Positions 20,270-30,127 of a stretch of 64,000 nucleotides of DNA are shown in pieces (the first letter of the stretch is position 1; each line of letters opens with the position of its first letter). Source of the DNA: Nibricoccus sp. (GTDB lineage: Bacteria; Verrucomicrobiota; Verrucomicrobiia; Opitutales; Opitutaceae); NCBI GenBank assembly GCA_047602425.1, contig JASGHG010000001.1:704001-768000 (forward strand), given 5' to 3'. The notes below the pieces were generated by a model that saw only the letters and a program-made list of their open reading frames with translations, searched no databases and had not been told where the DNA came from. Made by a program: the position numbers and the translations under genes.

Positions 20270-21568
20270 TTATTTTTTGGCTGGCGGCTGTGCGCCGAGC
20301 GACCTTACCAGCTGTTCAAACTGGTCGCCCCGATCTTCGTAGCTCTTGAACATGTCGAAACTCGCAAAGCCCGGGCTGAGCAGCACGTTGTCGCCTTCGG
20401 CGGCTTGGTCGGCGGCTTTTTGCACCGCGTATTCAAGTGTCGCGCAGACCGTGTGCGGCACCTGCCGGCCAGCGAAGGCCTCGGCCAGAGCATGCTTCGT
20501 TTCACCGATAAGGAAAGCGTGTTTTATCCGCGGCGCAATCCGCCCTGCGAAACTCGCAATGTCTCCACCCTTTGCGCGGCCTCCCAGAATGATCAGAACT
20601 GGCGCGGCGAAGCCCCCCAGTGCCGCTTCCACCGCGTGGAAGTTCGTGGCCTTCGAGTCGTTCCAAAAGGTCACACCTTTGCGCTGGCCCACGCTCGCGA
20701 GGCGGTGCCGCCCCAGTCGGAAGCTTTGCGCCGCCGCGTAAAGTGTCGTTTCCGGCAGCCCCGCGTGGCGCCACCAAGCGGCCGCCAGGATAAAGTTTTC
20801 GCGCTGCGGGTAATGTTCGAAAATCGTTCCGCTCAACAAAATGTCCGCCGGCTGGTCCTCCGTGGGCACGCAGGCGTCGGGCGGCAGCGTGCGGCCGATG
20901 CCCACGGCATACCTCTGAACCGAACTACCAACAAGAACCACGCCGCCCACCGTGCGATCCAGCAGGCGCCATTTTGCGTCAAAGTATCCGCGCATTCCGG
21001 GATGCCGTTCAAGATGGTCCTCCGCGAAATTGGTCCAGAGCGTGGAATCCGCCCGGAAATGCATGAAGGTCTCCGACTGGAACGAACTGACTTCGCATAC
21101 GGCCACATCGTCGAATACGCCTCCGGAGTGGTCCGAAACCAGCTGCGAGAAGGAATGACCCACGTTGCCCGTCGCGTAGGCTTCGCGCTTTGCCTGTCGC
21201 AGAGCATGGGTCAAAAACTCGGTCAACGTCGTTTTACCATTGGTGCCCGTGACGGCCACCACCGTACCGCGCCAGAAAAGCGCGGCAAAATCGAGTTCGC
21301 CGAGGCAGAGACAGCCGCAAGTCCGCGCGGTCACCAGCCAGCGATGGTCGGGCGGGAAACCGGGGCTGAAAACCACCAGCCGATGCGCCGCCGCATCCGT
21401 CGGGGTGAAGGTGTTGCGCGCGCCTTGCTGTTTCTCGTCGAAGAGCACGCCTGTGGCCTCGATCTTTTCCAGCAGGCCAAGCACCGCGCGGCCGCTCACG
21501 CCTCCACCCAGCACGGCCACCGGGTATCCGAGAAGTGGATTCAAAATTTCTGGAATGCGAAGTGCCAT
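20270..21568 (-). CDS. murD: MurD D-glutamate ligase
   Basis: TGTNGKTT, EVSSFQ, DHLERH, NDSKATN, LLSPGFASFDMF..YEDRG; TGATG coupling to mraY. Confidence 0.96.
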   Translation of the reverse strand: MALRIPEILNPLLGYPVAVLGGGVSGRAVLGLLEKIEATGVLFDEKQQGARNTFTPTDAAAHRLVVFSPGFPPDHRWLVTARTCGCLCLGELDFAALFWRGTVVAVTGTNGKTTLTEFLTHALRQAKREAYATGNVGHSFSQLVSDHSGGVFDDVAVCEVSSFQSETFMHFRADSTLWTNFAEDHLERHPGMRGYFDAKWRLLDRTVGGVVLVGSSVQRYAVGIGRTLPPDACVPTEDQPADILLSGTIFEHYPQRENFILAAAWWRHAGLPETTLYAAAQSFRLGRHRLASVGQRKGVTFWNDSKATNFHAVEAALGGFAAPVLIILGGRAKGGDIASFAGRIAPRIKHAFLIGETKHALAEAFAGRQVPHTVCATLEYAVQKAADQAAEGDNVLLSPGFASFDMFKSYEDRGDQFEQLVRSLGAQPPAKK

Positions 21569-22680
21569 CAGCGGAGTTTGAGTGTCGCGAGCCCGGCCAG
21601 GGCGCACATGAGGGAAATGATCCAGAAACGGGCCACGACTTTTGTCTCGGGCCAGCCCATCTTTTGGAAATGGTGGTGAATCGGCGCCATTTTGAAAAAG
21701 CGCCGGCCTTCGCCAAAACGGCGGCGCGTGTATTTGAAATATCCAACCTGCATCATCACCGATAACGCCTCCGCGACAAATACGCCGCCGACGAGCACCA
21801 GGGTCAGGGGTTGTTGCACCATGAAAGCGATCATGCCGATCAAACCTCCCAGAGCCAAAGATCCCGTATCGCCCATGAACACTTCCGCCGGATACGAATT
21901 GAACCAGAGAAACGAAACGCCGCCGCCCACGATCGCGCCGCAGATCACCGCGAGTTCGTTGGTGCCGGGCACATAGCTGATCAGCAGATAGTCCGCGATG
22001 CGTGAATTGCCCGACGCATAAGCCATGAGTCCGTAAACAAGCGCCACGGTGATGGTGCAGCCGACCGCCAAGCCGTCGAGGCCATCGGTGAGGTTGATGG
22101 CGTTGCTGAAACCCACCAGCCAGAAAAACACCATCAGGAACAGCATCCCCAACGGCATCGAGACAAGCACGGGGTGCTTCATGAACGGCACCCAGAGTTC
22201 ACGAATTTTCGCCGCGCTTTTCGGATCCAGCATAAGCAGGCCGATCGCGCACAACGTGATCGCCGTCTGCCAGAACATTTTTTCCCTCGAAGAAATGCCG
22301 TCGCGGCTCTTGCGCACCACCTTCAGGTAATCGTCGCGAAAGCCGACGGCCGTCAGGCATGCATAGACAAACATGGCAACGAAAACCCATACGTTGGGTT
22401 TCGCCCAAAGCGCAGTGCTCAGAAAAACCGAACCAAAGATCAGAAGCCCGCCCATGGTCGGCGTATTCTTCTTGTCGAACTTTGTCGCCAGATCGCCCGT
22501 GCGGTCGTCGTCGTAGTGCTGGCCGAATTTCAGGACCTTCAATTTGTGAATCACCCATGGCCCGAGAATAAATCCGATCACGGTCGCCGTGATGATCGCC
22601 ATGAGCATGCGAAAGCTGTGGTACTGCAGCAAACGCAGGAACCCATAATGTTCTTCAAAGTTGGCGAGATAACTGAGCAT
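21568..22680 (-). CDS. mraY: MraY translocase
   Basis: TPTMGG, DDYLK, SNAINLTDGLDGL, VFMGDTGS, MAPIHHHF. Confidence 0.97.
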   Translation of the reverse strand: MLSYLANFEEHYGFLRLLQYHSFRMLMAIITATVIGFILGPWVIHKLKVLKFGQHYDDDRTGDLATKFDKKNTPTMGGLLIFGSVFLSTALWAKPNVWVFVAMFVYACLTAVGFRDDYLKVVRKSRDGISSREKMFWQTAITLCAIGLLMLDPKSAAKIRELWVPFMKHPVLVSMPLGMLFLMVFFWLVGFSNAINLTDGLDGLAVGCTITVALVYGLMAYASGNSRIADYLLISYVPGTNELAVICGAIVGGGVSFLWFNSYPAEVFMGDTGSLALGGLIGMIAFMVQQPLTLVLVGGVFVAEALSVMMQVGYFKYTRRRFGEGRRFFKMAPIHHHFQKMGWPETKVVARFWIISLMCALAGLATLKLR

Positions 22681-22689
22681 CGAAATTTT

Positions 22690-24205
22690 TTATAGAAAGA
22701 AAGGGGAATGACTCTGGCGGACAGTGCGCGCTGCGCTTGGTGCCGGGAAATGCCAGCCTGATGGCAAGACCGAGCAGCTGTACCCGGCCGAGAACGCACT
22801 GAAAGGCGAACCGTGCCCCTTGCCACCACCGCCGGAGGATGGGAAAGATTTCGCCGACGGAGCTAAAACTTTTTCCAACCCGTAACGACGGCTGCCTTTG
22901 ACAAACACCGCACCACGAAAGGCGGCAATGGCCCCGGCCACCGGTTCCAAAACATCCACACATTTGATCCGCTCGGACCGGCACGCCGGCTTCGATCGCT
23001 CCTGCAAGCACCGAGCCCGCCTCGCTGCCGATCACAAAAGCCCGATCCTGCTCTCGCAATTGCAACGAACGACCCAACTCGCGGTGGTAACCAGGTGCAT
23101 CCGGTCCGAGTTCCTCCATGCAACCGAGGACAAACAATCGCGGTTCGTCCACTGGTGCGATGGCATAAAAAGTTTCAAGCGCGTCCGCCATCGAAGCGGG
23201 ACTCGCGTTGTAGAGATCGAGATAAAGCATCCGCGAACCGTCGCGACGGAACTCGCCCCGCCACTTGGCCGCCTGCCAGTTTTCCAGCGCCTGCTGGATC
23301 GCGGTATCTTTCACGCCCAACTCCGTGGCGAGCACGATGGCGAGCGCGGCGTTTTGAGCCATGCCACGAGTCACGCGGCGAAAACGAAAAACGCGCTGTC
23401 CGATCGCAAGCTCGGTGCCATTTTCGCCAAACGAAACTTTGTAACTCACCACGCGCGACGCCGCGGGCTCCGCACCAGCCGGCGCAACCACGATGCTCGT
23501 CTGCGGCAAATCGCGGAACGGCGGAAAATCCCAGCATTGCTTCGGGAAAACCGCCAGCCCACCCGGCCGCACATATTGCAATAAAACGGATTTCTCGCGT
23601 GCCACACCATTCAACCCACCTAATTCCTGTGTGTGGGCCGGTGCCACGAGTGTAATGACCCCATGGTCGGGCAAAATCATTTCGGCCAGCTCCTTCATTT
23701 CGCCCGGCCCGCTGATTCCCGCCTCGATCACCGCGTATTCGTGCTGGCTCGGCACGAGTTTCGTGAGCGTGAGCGGCACGCCCAGGTGATTGTTGAGATT
23801 TCCCTCGGTCGCGAGCACGCGTTCGTCACCGCCGAGCAATTGCGCGAGCAAATTTTTCGTCGAGGTTTTTCCACAACTACCGGAAACACCCACAACGGTT
23901 CCGCGAAACTGTTTGCGATGCTCCCGGGCGATCGCCTGAAATGCCTTCAATGTGTCCTCGACTACCAGCTGTGGAAGGATCAGCGAAGGATTCGGCTTGC
24001 TGACAATCGCCGCGCTCGCACCGGCGGCCAGCGCCGTCTCCAAAAAATCGTGGCCGTCGCGCTTGTCGGTCTTCAGCGCGACAAAGACCTGTCCCTGCTT
24101 CAACTGCCGCGTGTCCTGCGTAAACCCACACAACGGCGAAACCGGCGCCGACAGCCAGTGGCCACCGGTCCAATTCGCGAGATAAGTGGGTGCAAACGAG
24201 AACAC
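22690..24205 (-). CDS. murF: MurF ligase with an apparent +1 frameshift at about 22977
   Basis: DGHDF, GSCGKTSTK, NLNNHLGVPLT, YNASP.SM, LG.M.ELG in the first frame; the terminal VFVKGSR.YGLEKV motif is in the next frame (ORF 22690..23007). Span is 1516 nt = 3n+1. The repaired protein has an extra tail of roughly 45 aa. Confidence 0.93.
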
Positions 24206-24228
24206 GGAGATTTTTTATAGTTCGGCTT

Positions 24229-25821
24229 TTAGCTTTGATTTTTCAGGGTCTTGATGCCGATAAGTTCGCGCACGACCTGCCGGTCATCAAACGGGATCAC
24301 TGTATCGGCAAATTCCTGGTAGGATTCGTGGCCTTTGCCGGCGATGAGCAGGCAATCGCCTGGACCGGCGGCGTCGAGCGCCAGGCTGATCGCGCGCCGG
24401 CGATCTTCGATCCACGTGATTTTTTCCGGCGCCGTCACACCGATCTTCATGTCGGCAAAAATCTGGCTGAGCGCCTCGCCGCGGGGGTTGTCCGCCGTCG
24501 CAAAAGCATGGTCCGCGAAAGCCTGCACAGCCTTCGTCATAAGCGGGCGTTTGGCCCGGTCGCGATTGCCGCCACAACCATATACTACAAACAATTTTCC
24601 GGGTGTGATCGTCCGCAGCATCCCGAGCGCGTTGCGCAACGCGTCGTCGGTGTGCGCATAATCGACCAACACGTTGAACGGCTGGCCTTCCTCGATGCGC
24701 TCCATGCGCCCGGCCACGCCTTTGAAGTTTTTCAAACGCGGCAGGAATACCACCGGATCGCGACCCAGCGCCCATGCCGTCGCAATCGCGGCGAGGACAT
24801 TGCTCACGTTGTAACGACCGATCATCGGACTATCGACCATCATCGTGCCGCCCGGCCAGACCAACTTGAAGGTGGTGTTCTTGAAATTCAGCGCCACTTC
24901 CTCAGCCCGCACCTGAGCGCGCGGATTTTCGCCGTAAGTCACAAGTTGCATGCGTTCCGAAACCATTGTCGCCAGTTTCTCACCGTGCGCATCATCGAGG
25001 TTCACGACGCCGATCTTTGGTTCCGTGCCGCTTCGGCCGGTGAAGAAGCGCGATTTCACCTCGAAATACGCATCGAGCGTCTTGTGATAGTCGAGGTGAT
25101 CCTGTGTCAGATTCGTGAATACAGCGGCGGCAAACTGCATGCCGAGCACGCGTTGCTGATCGATGCCGTGCGAACTGACCTCCATCACCGCCTGCCGGCA
25201 ACCCGCGTCGCGCATCTGGGCGAGCATGCCGTAAATATCCACCGACTCAGGCGTGGTCTTGAAAGATGGAACCGTGCGCGTGCCGAGATCGTAGTTGATC
25301 GTGCCAAGCAAACCGACGCGCTGATCGTCATTGAGGAAATGTTTCACCAGATGCGTGACGGTGGTTTTGCCATTGGTGCCAGTCACGCCCACGACCGCCA
25401 TGTCGCGATCAGGAAAACGATAGAAACGTTGCGCCACGCGCGCGAGCATCGCCCGCGGATCGGTAACTTGGATAAAAGTGACTTTGCCCGGCGCGTGCAT
25501 CGGTAGTTTCGCCGTCACTACAGCCACCGCGCCGCGATTGATTGCCTCGTCGATGAAACCGGCACCGTCGGTGCGGAGGCCCGGCATCGCAAAAAACAAA
25601 GTGCCAGGAACAACCCGACGGCTATCCATCACGATACCGGAGATGGGAAGGTCGAGATTGCCCTTGTGGGCGACGATTTCGCCGTCGCGGAAGAAGTCGG
25701 ATATTTTGGGTGCCATTTTGAATACGCGCTGTTCGATAGCGCCGCGTTTTTTGCTCCTGCCCATGGTCCTCGTCTGAAACGCGTCGATCAGAACGTGATT
25801 TTGAGTAAGATAACCGATCAT
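24229..25821 (-). CDS. murE: MurE ligase (meso-DAP type)
   Basis: TGTNGKTT, TTPE, MEVSSH, DHLDYH, DYAHT.D, GCGGNRD, DNPR (mDAP motif), AGKGHE. Start uncertain (25821 or the later MAPKI). Confidence 0.96.
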   Translation of the reverse strand: MIGYLTQNHVLIDAFQTRTMGRSKKRGAIEQRVFKMAPKISDFFRDGEIVAHKGNLDLPISGIVMDSRRVVPGTLFFAMPGLRTDGAGFIDEAINRGAVAVVTAKLPMHAPGKVTFIQVTDPRAMLARVAQRFYRFPDRDMAVVGVTGTNGKTTVTHLVKHFLNDDQRVGLLGTINYDLGTRTVPSFKTTPESVDIYGMLAQMRDAGCRQAVMEVSSHGIDQQRVLGMQFAAAVFTNLTQDHLDYHKTLDAYFEVKSRFFTGRSGTEPKIGVVNLDDAHGEKLATMVSERMQLVTYGENPRAQVRAEEVALNFKNTTFKLVWPGGTMMVDSPMIGRYNVSNVLAAIATAWALGRDPVVFLPRLKNFKGVAGRMERIEEGQPFNVLVDYAHTDDALRNALGMLRTITPGKLFVVYGCGGNRDRAKRPLMTKAVQAFADHAFATADNPRGEALSQIFADMKIGVTAPEKITWIEDRRRAISLALDAAGPGDCLLIAGKGHESYQEFADTVIPFDDRQVVRELIGIKTLKNQS

Positions 25822-27617
25822 AGACGTCCCCCCAAGGCCGCGATGGGCCGGTTGTAATCCATGACCGGCTTGATATCGAGATACTGGATCAGCTGTTCGC
25901 CAATCCGTTTGAAACTGGGGGCGGCGACCAATGCGCCCGAGGCCATGCCGCCTGTTGGCAGATGGCCGTCGTCGACGATGACAGAAATCAAAACCTGTGG
26001 CCGGCTCGCCGGGAAAAAGCCCACAAACGAACCCACGTGATGCGTACTAGAATATTGTCCGTTGATCAGTTTCTGCGCCGTGCCGGTTTTGCCGGCGACT
26101 TCATAGTTCGGTATCGCCGCGTCCCGCGCCGTGCCTTCGATCGATGCCACTTTGGTCAACAAAACAGCCATCGTCTCCGCAGTGGCCGCGGAAATCACCC
26201 GACCGCGCGACGTCGGGTCGAAACGGTAGACGCGCTCGCCCCGGGAATCCTTTACCTCCCGGATGATCTGGGGACGCATCAGCAGACCGCCACTCGCCAC
26301 CACACCCATGGCGTAGTGAATCTGCAACGGCGTGGCCGCGACCGACTGCCCCATCGGCATGCGCGTGATGGTAAGCCCATCCCACTTGTTGGGCGGAGCG
26401 ATTTCGCCGTCGATCTCGCCTGGAATGGGGAACCCGGTCTTTTCGCCAAAACCAAACTTGCGCGCGTAGTCATAGAAACGTTGTTCGCCGAGCAGCATGG
26501 CCAGCTGGGCGGCGCCCTTGTTGCTGGAGTGGCTGACAATTTCGCCCACCGACAAAATCGGATTTGCAAAAGGATGCGACTCGCGCGGCAAACCGCGAAC
26601 CTTGCCCCTGTAGTCGATTTGGGAGAGGCCGCAGTCGAATTTGGTGGTCGGCGTGACGAGCTGCTCGTTCAACGCGGCGCTTGCCGCCACAATTTTGAAG
26701 GTGGAGCCGGGTTCCAACTGGTCGCAGATTGCGATGTTACGCTGCGCGGAAAGTTCGGCCTTGTTGAATTCGTTGAGGTTGAACGTCGGGTAATTTGCCA
26801 TCGCCAGCACGAACCCCGTGCTCGGTTCGGAGACGATGATGGTGACCTTCTGGGGGGTGAACTTCTTCACGATTTCATCCACTTCCCGTTCAACCATGTG
26901 TTGAACCGCCGAATCAATGCTAAGAACTAAATTAAAACCATTGGTCGCCGGTACTTCGCGCGTGCGGAATTGCGCCATTTCGCGCTGGCGTCCGTCCTTC
27001 TCCGATTCGCGCCAGCCATCCTGGCCGCGCAGGTAAAAATCCGCATAGCTTTCGATGCCGGCCGCCGGAGCTCCCTCCTTGTTCACGTAACCAACGATAT
27101 GCGCCGCGAGTTGATTCTGGGGATAGGTTCGGCAATAAGTGCGCTCGCCGTAGACGCCTTTTACCTTCAGCGCCATTATCTTTTCGTAGTTTTCCTCAGT
27201 GACATTTTCGTTGAGCTTCGCCCAGCGAATATCGCGCTCCTCCTCAGTCTGGTCATCCGGCGAGGGCTGACGGACTTTGGTACACATGATTTTTTGGAGC
27301 TGTGCCAGCGGCAGGTCGAGCAACGCCGCCAGCTCCGGCCATTTCGCTTCGTCCTCCTTGCGCAGCACTTGGGGATCCACGCCGACCACCACAAGGGAAC
27401 GGCTTGTTGCAAGGACGTTCCCGCGTGTATCCAAAATATCACCACGGCGGCCTTTTTCCGGAATGATCTGCCGGCGGGCCTTGTCGATATAACGGACAAG
27501 CTGATCGCGATCGATCACATGCAAAAAGAAAAGGCGCACCCCCACCCCGCCCAAGCATACGAAAATGCCTGCGGCGAGCACCACTATCCGGTAGTTGGAG
27601 GCAAAACCTTTCGACAT
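25818..27617 (-). CDS. ftsI: Class B penicillin-binding protein FtsI/PBP3
   Basis: RGDILD, EPGSTFK (SxxK), SSN, KTGTAQK. Confidence 0.95.
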   Translation of the reverse strand: MSKGFASNYRIVVLAAGIFVCLGGVGVRLFFLHVIDRDQLVRYIDKARRQIIPEKGRRGDILDTRGNVLATSRSLVVVGVDPQVLRKEDEAKWPELAALLDLPLAQLQKIMCTKVRQPSPDDQTEEERDIRWAKLNENVTEENYEKIMALKVKGVYGERTYCRTYPQNQLAAHIVGYVNKEGAPAAGIESYADFYLRGQDGWRESEKDGRQREMAQFRTREVPATNGFNLVLSIDSAVQHMVEREVDEIVKKFTPQKVTIIVSEPSTGFVLAMANYPTFNLNEFNKAELSAQRNIAICDQLEPGSTFKIVAASAALNEQLVTPTTKFDCGLSQIDYRGKVRGLPRESHPFANPILSVGEIVSHSSNKGAAQLAMLLGEQRFYDYARKFGFGEKTGFPIPGEIDGEIAPPNKWDGLTITRMPMGQSVAATPLQIHYAMGVVASGGLLMRPQIIREVKDSRGERVYRFDPTSRGRVISAATAETMAVLLTKVASIEGTARDAAIPNYEVAGKTGTAQKLINGQYSSTHHVGSFVGFFPASRPQVLISVIVDDGHLPTGGMASGALVAAPSFKRIGEQLIQYLDIKPVMDYNRPIAALGGRL

Positions 27618-27621
27618 GATC

Positions 27622-28020
27622 TCAGTGCGTGGCTCCCAGGGCGAAGGTCACCGGCTGCACCGTTGTCTGAGGGTTGAAAATTTCCCGGTTGCGACGGGCA
27701 GCCAGACGCTCTTCCGGATTTTCACTGATGCGCACGATCTGCGTGCGGTAATCCGGAGAGGCCAGACCCAGACGCCATTCCTCGTTGCGTCGAAGGAGGG
27801 TTTCGGTGGATTGCTCGACACCAATCATCGCCGTTGTTTCGGCGAGGCGGCGTTCCACCTCCGCAGTACGGTACTCATAGGATTTGATGCTGTTAGCCGT
27901 CTGCGCCATTTGATTGCGCAGCCAGACCGTGCCGAGCCCGATTGAGCCGGTGAAGCAAATCATGACCAGAGTGTAAACGAGAAGCTGGTTCACGAAGGCG
28001 TTCCTGTCGTTTTTATGCAT
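27622..28020 (-). CDS. FtsL-like membrane coiled-coil protein
   Basis: One TM segment followed by a coiled coil; occupies the ftsL position between rsmH and ftsI. Confidence 0.6.
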   Translation of the reverse strand: MHKNDRNAFVNQLLVYTLVMICFTGSIGLGTVWLRNQMAQTANSIKSYEYRTAEVERRLAETTAMIGVEQSTETLLRRNEEWRLGLASPDYRTQIVRISENPEERLAARRNREIFNPQTTVQPVTFALGATH

Positions 28021-28035
28021 GGGGGTACGAAATGG

Positions 28036-28956
28036 TTAAAGTTTGCGAAGAGCGCGCAACTTGGCGGAGCGGCTGCGCGGATTGAGGGCAAGTTCTTCGT
28101 CGCCTGGAGTGAGCGGGCGGCGAGTCAACGGTTCGGCCAGCACCGTACGGAATTGTTGTGGCGTGTGATCGTCGGCGCTCTCGGGCTGGCCGCATTGCCG
28201 ACGGAAAAACTGTTTTACCAAACGATCCTCCAGCGAATGGAAGCTGATCGCACAAAGCACCCCACCCTTCGCGAGCGTCGCAAAAGCCGCGGGCAATGCA
28301 CGCTCGATCGCGCCAAGTTCGTCATTCACCGCAATGCGGATGCCTTGGAAAGCCCGCGTGGCCGGATGGATTTTTGACATGGCTCGTTCCCGCGCCGGGA
28401 TTGCCTCGGAAATGATTTCGGCCAACGAAGTCGTCCGCGCCAACGCGCCGGTGCCGCGCGCGGCCAACAAGGCACGCACCACACGACGCCAGTTGTGCTC
28501 TTCGCCGTACTCGCGAATCGCTCGCACCAACATTTCTTCGGTGGCCGTTTCCAGCCACAGGGAAGCAGGCACGCCCGCGCGCGTATCCATGCGCATATCG
28601 GCCGGAGCATCGTTGCGAAAGGAAAACCCGCGTTCGGCTTCATCGAGTTGAAATGACGAAAGTCCCAGATCGAACAACACGCCGTCATAGCCCGTGCCAG
28701 CGAATTCGCCGAGCTGGCCAAAGTCCGCACTGATCAATTGAAAACGTTCGCTGTATTCAGATTTTAACGACGCCGAACGTTCCAGCGCCGCCGGATCGCG
28801 GTCAAACGCCGTCACGCTTGTCCCCGGAGCTGATTCAAGAATCGCCCGGGTGTGTCCACCGCCGCCGAAGGTCGCGTCGAGATAGCGCCCGCCCGGCCGC
28901 GGTGCGAGGAGGCTCAGCACCTCGCGCAGCAGGACCGGTTTATGTCCGGGCGTCAT
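28036..28956 (-). CDS. rsmH: 16S rRNA m4C1402 methyltransferase RsmH (MraW)
   Basis: [53 protein letters not shown]. Confidence 0.97.
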   Translation of the reverse strand: MTPGHKPVLLREVLSLLAPRPGGRYLDATFGGGGHTRAILESAPGTSVTAFDRDPAALERSASLKSEYSERFQLISADFGQLGEFAGTGYDGVLFDLGLSSFQLDEAERGFSFRNDAPADMRMDTRAGVPASLWLETATEEMLVRAIREYGEEHNWRRVVRALLAARGTGALARTTSLAEIISEAIPARERAMSKIHPATRAFQGIRIAVNDELGAIERALPAAFATLAKGGVLCAISFHSLEDRLVKQFFRRQCGQPESADDHTPQQFRTVLAEPLTRRPLTPGDEELALNPRSRSAKLRALRKL

Positions 28957-28972
28957 GATCTCGTTCGCGTCT

Positions 28973-29191
28973 TCAAGCAGCGTGAAAAGCATCGGCGGTT
29001 CTCCTCGGGTCGCTGAAGGACGACGCGCCGCGTTCCCGCGGAAGGGGGTGCAAAACGAGCTCTGCACAAAGCCGTGGCTGCACCTTGGTGATGAACTGAG
29101 CCCCTGTCTTCGCCATGCGGCGGTGCCAGAGGCTCGCGGCTGCGAAACCCGTGAGTCGGGTCGCGCTATGATGAGTCGGGATGGTACTCAT
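28973..29191 (-). CDS. Hypothetical 72-aa protein between mraZ and rsmH
   Basis: ATG 5 nt after the mraZ stop and stop 16 nt before the rsmH ATG, filling the gap exactly. Confidence 0.6.
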   Translation of the reverse strand: MSTIPTHHSATRLTGFAAASLWHRRMAKTGAQFITKVQPRLCAELVLHPLPRERGASSFSDPRRTADAFHAA

Positions 29192-29196
29192 GGTGG

Positions 29197-29649
29197 TTAA
29201 ATTCCAATGCGACGCATCAGGTCGCCGAAGTTTTCGCCCGCCGTCCGCGTCTGAACCTTCTGCCAGCGTTCAGGGCTGTAGATGGCGAACTTGTTTAAAG
29301 AACCAACGAGGACCGCATCTTTCGCGAGTCCTGCGTGCTGAAGCAGCTCATCGGACAGGCTGATGCGCCCTTGCTTGTCGAAAGTGAAAGCCAGCGTCTC
29401 CGAGAAGAACCGCTGGAACGCATCCTGAGCGTCGCGATCGGTCAGGGCCTTCTGCGCAATTTTCTCGTGTAATTTTTCAACTTCGGCGGGTGGAAGGACG
29501 GCCACGTAACCATCCGGATGCGGCGTCGCGAGGAACGTATCGTTTTCCCCGTGCGCGGACCTCCACGACGACGGAATCGTCAGCCGATTCTTGTCGTCGA
29601 GCGAATGCCGGTACTGGCCGGTGTAGAAAGCTTTGCCGAGTGTTGCCAC
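29197..29649 (-). CDS. mraZ: Transcriptional regulator MraZ
   Basis: G.Y.HSLDDKNRL.IP and DKQGRI repeats; first gene of the dcw cluster. Confidence 0.95.
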   Translation of the reverse strand: MATLGKAFYTGQYRHSLDDKNRLTIPSSWRSAHGENDTFLATPHPDGYVAVLPPAEVEKLHEKIAQKALTDRDAQDAFQRFFSETLAFTFDKQGRISLSDELLQHAGLAKDAVLVGSLNKFAIYSPERWQKVQTRTAGENFGDLMRRIGI

Positions 29650-29668
29650 AGAGATACGGTAAGGGTTG

Positions 29669-29713
29669 CCCCATTACGCCCCATTTCAACCCAATTTCCC
29701 CCACAACAGTCAA
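29669..29713 (-). promoter_or_regulatory. MraZ operator (four TGGG[G/T] direct repeats at 10-bp period) with an upstream TTGACT -35-like hexamer
   Basis: Minus strand reads TTGACT-GTTG-TGGGG-GAAAT-TGGGT-TGAAA-TGGGG-CGTAA-TGGGG, matching the known TGGGN-N5 MraZ box arrays. Confidence 0.8.
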
Positions 29714-29751
29714 GCAAACTCCCCCACTAAACCCCGTTTCTTACAAAAAAC

Positions 29752-29760
29752 TTATTCACA
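29752..29760 (+). promoter_or_regulatory. Candidate DnaA box upstream of the dcw promoter
   Basis: TTATTCACA matches the TTWTNCACA consensus exactly; single copy. Confidence 0.4.
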
Positions 29761-30127
29761 ACTTCCGGGGTTGTCGCCGGCTTGAGCTCTTCCCAGTTCA
29801 GCAAACTCAAGCAAACGGCTTGCATCTACATGTATTCACCCGCCCTCGAACCGTTGGCGTGGCACAAACTGGTGAACGCCCCGTTTCGTCGCTTGCCCAA
29901 AACAAATCGGGGAAAATTTATAGCGAGCGATCGGGATTGACGACTCCAGTCCAGTAAGCCGTCACGCGATTTATCACCCCGCTGAGCGACGTTCGCCAGT
30001 GAGCACAGGCTGCTGGCAATCGTTGCGAAGCAAAATTGGGATGGATTCCTGCTTGAAGGTGGTTTGGTAGAGGCGACCGCGGATGGGAGCCCAAAATCTC
30101 TTCAAGACACCCTTTTTAACGCGCAAA

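Noticed and set aside
9834..22980. Programmed frameshifting or true pseudogenisation of obgE and murF
   Set aside because: No slippery homopolymer at either site, the genes are otherwise intact and essential, and the shared palindromic context favours an artefact.
28957..29067. N-terminal extension of the rsmH ORF
   Set aside because: RsmH motifs start at [10 protein letters not shown]; the 72-aa ORF tiles this interval better.
29761..30127. Long intergenic region between mraZ and paoC as a possible ncRNA
   Set aside because: No recognisable RNA family motif or strong structure by eye; an Rfam scan would be needed.
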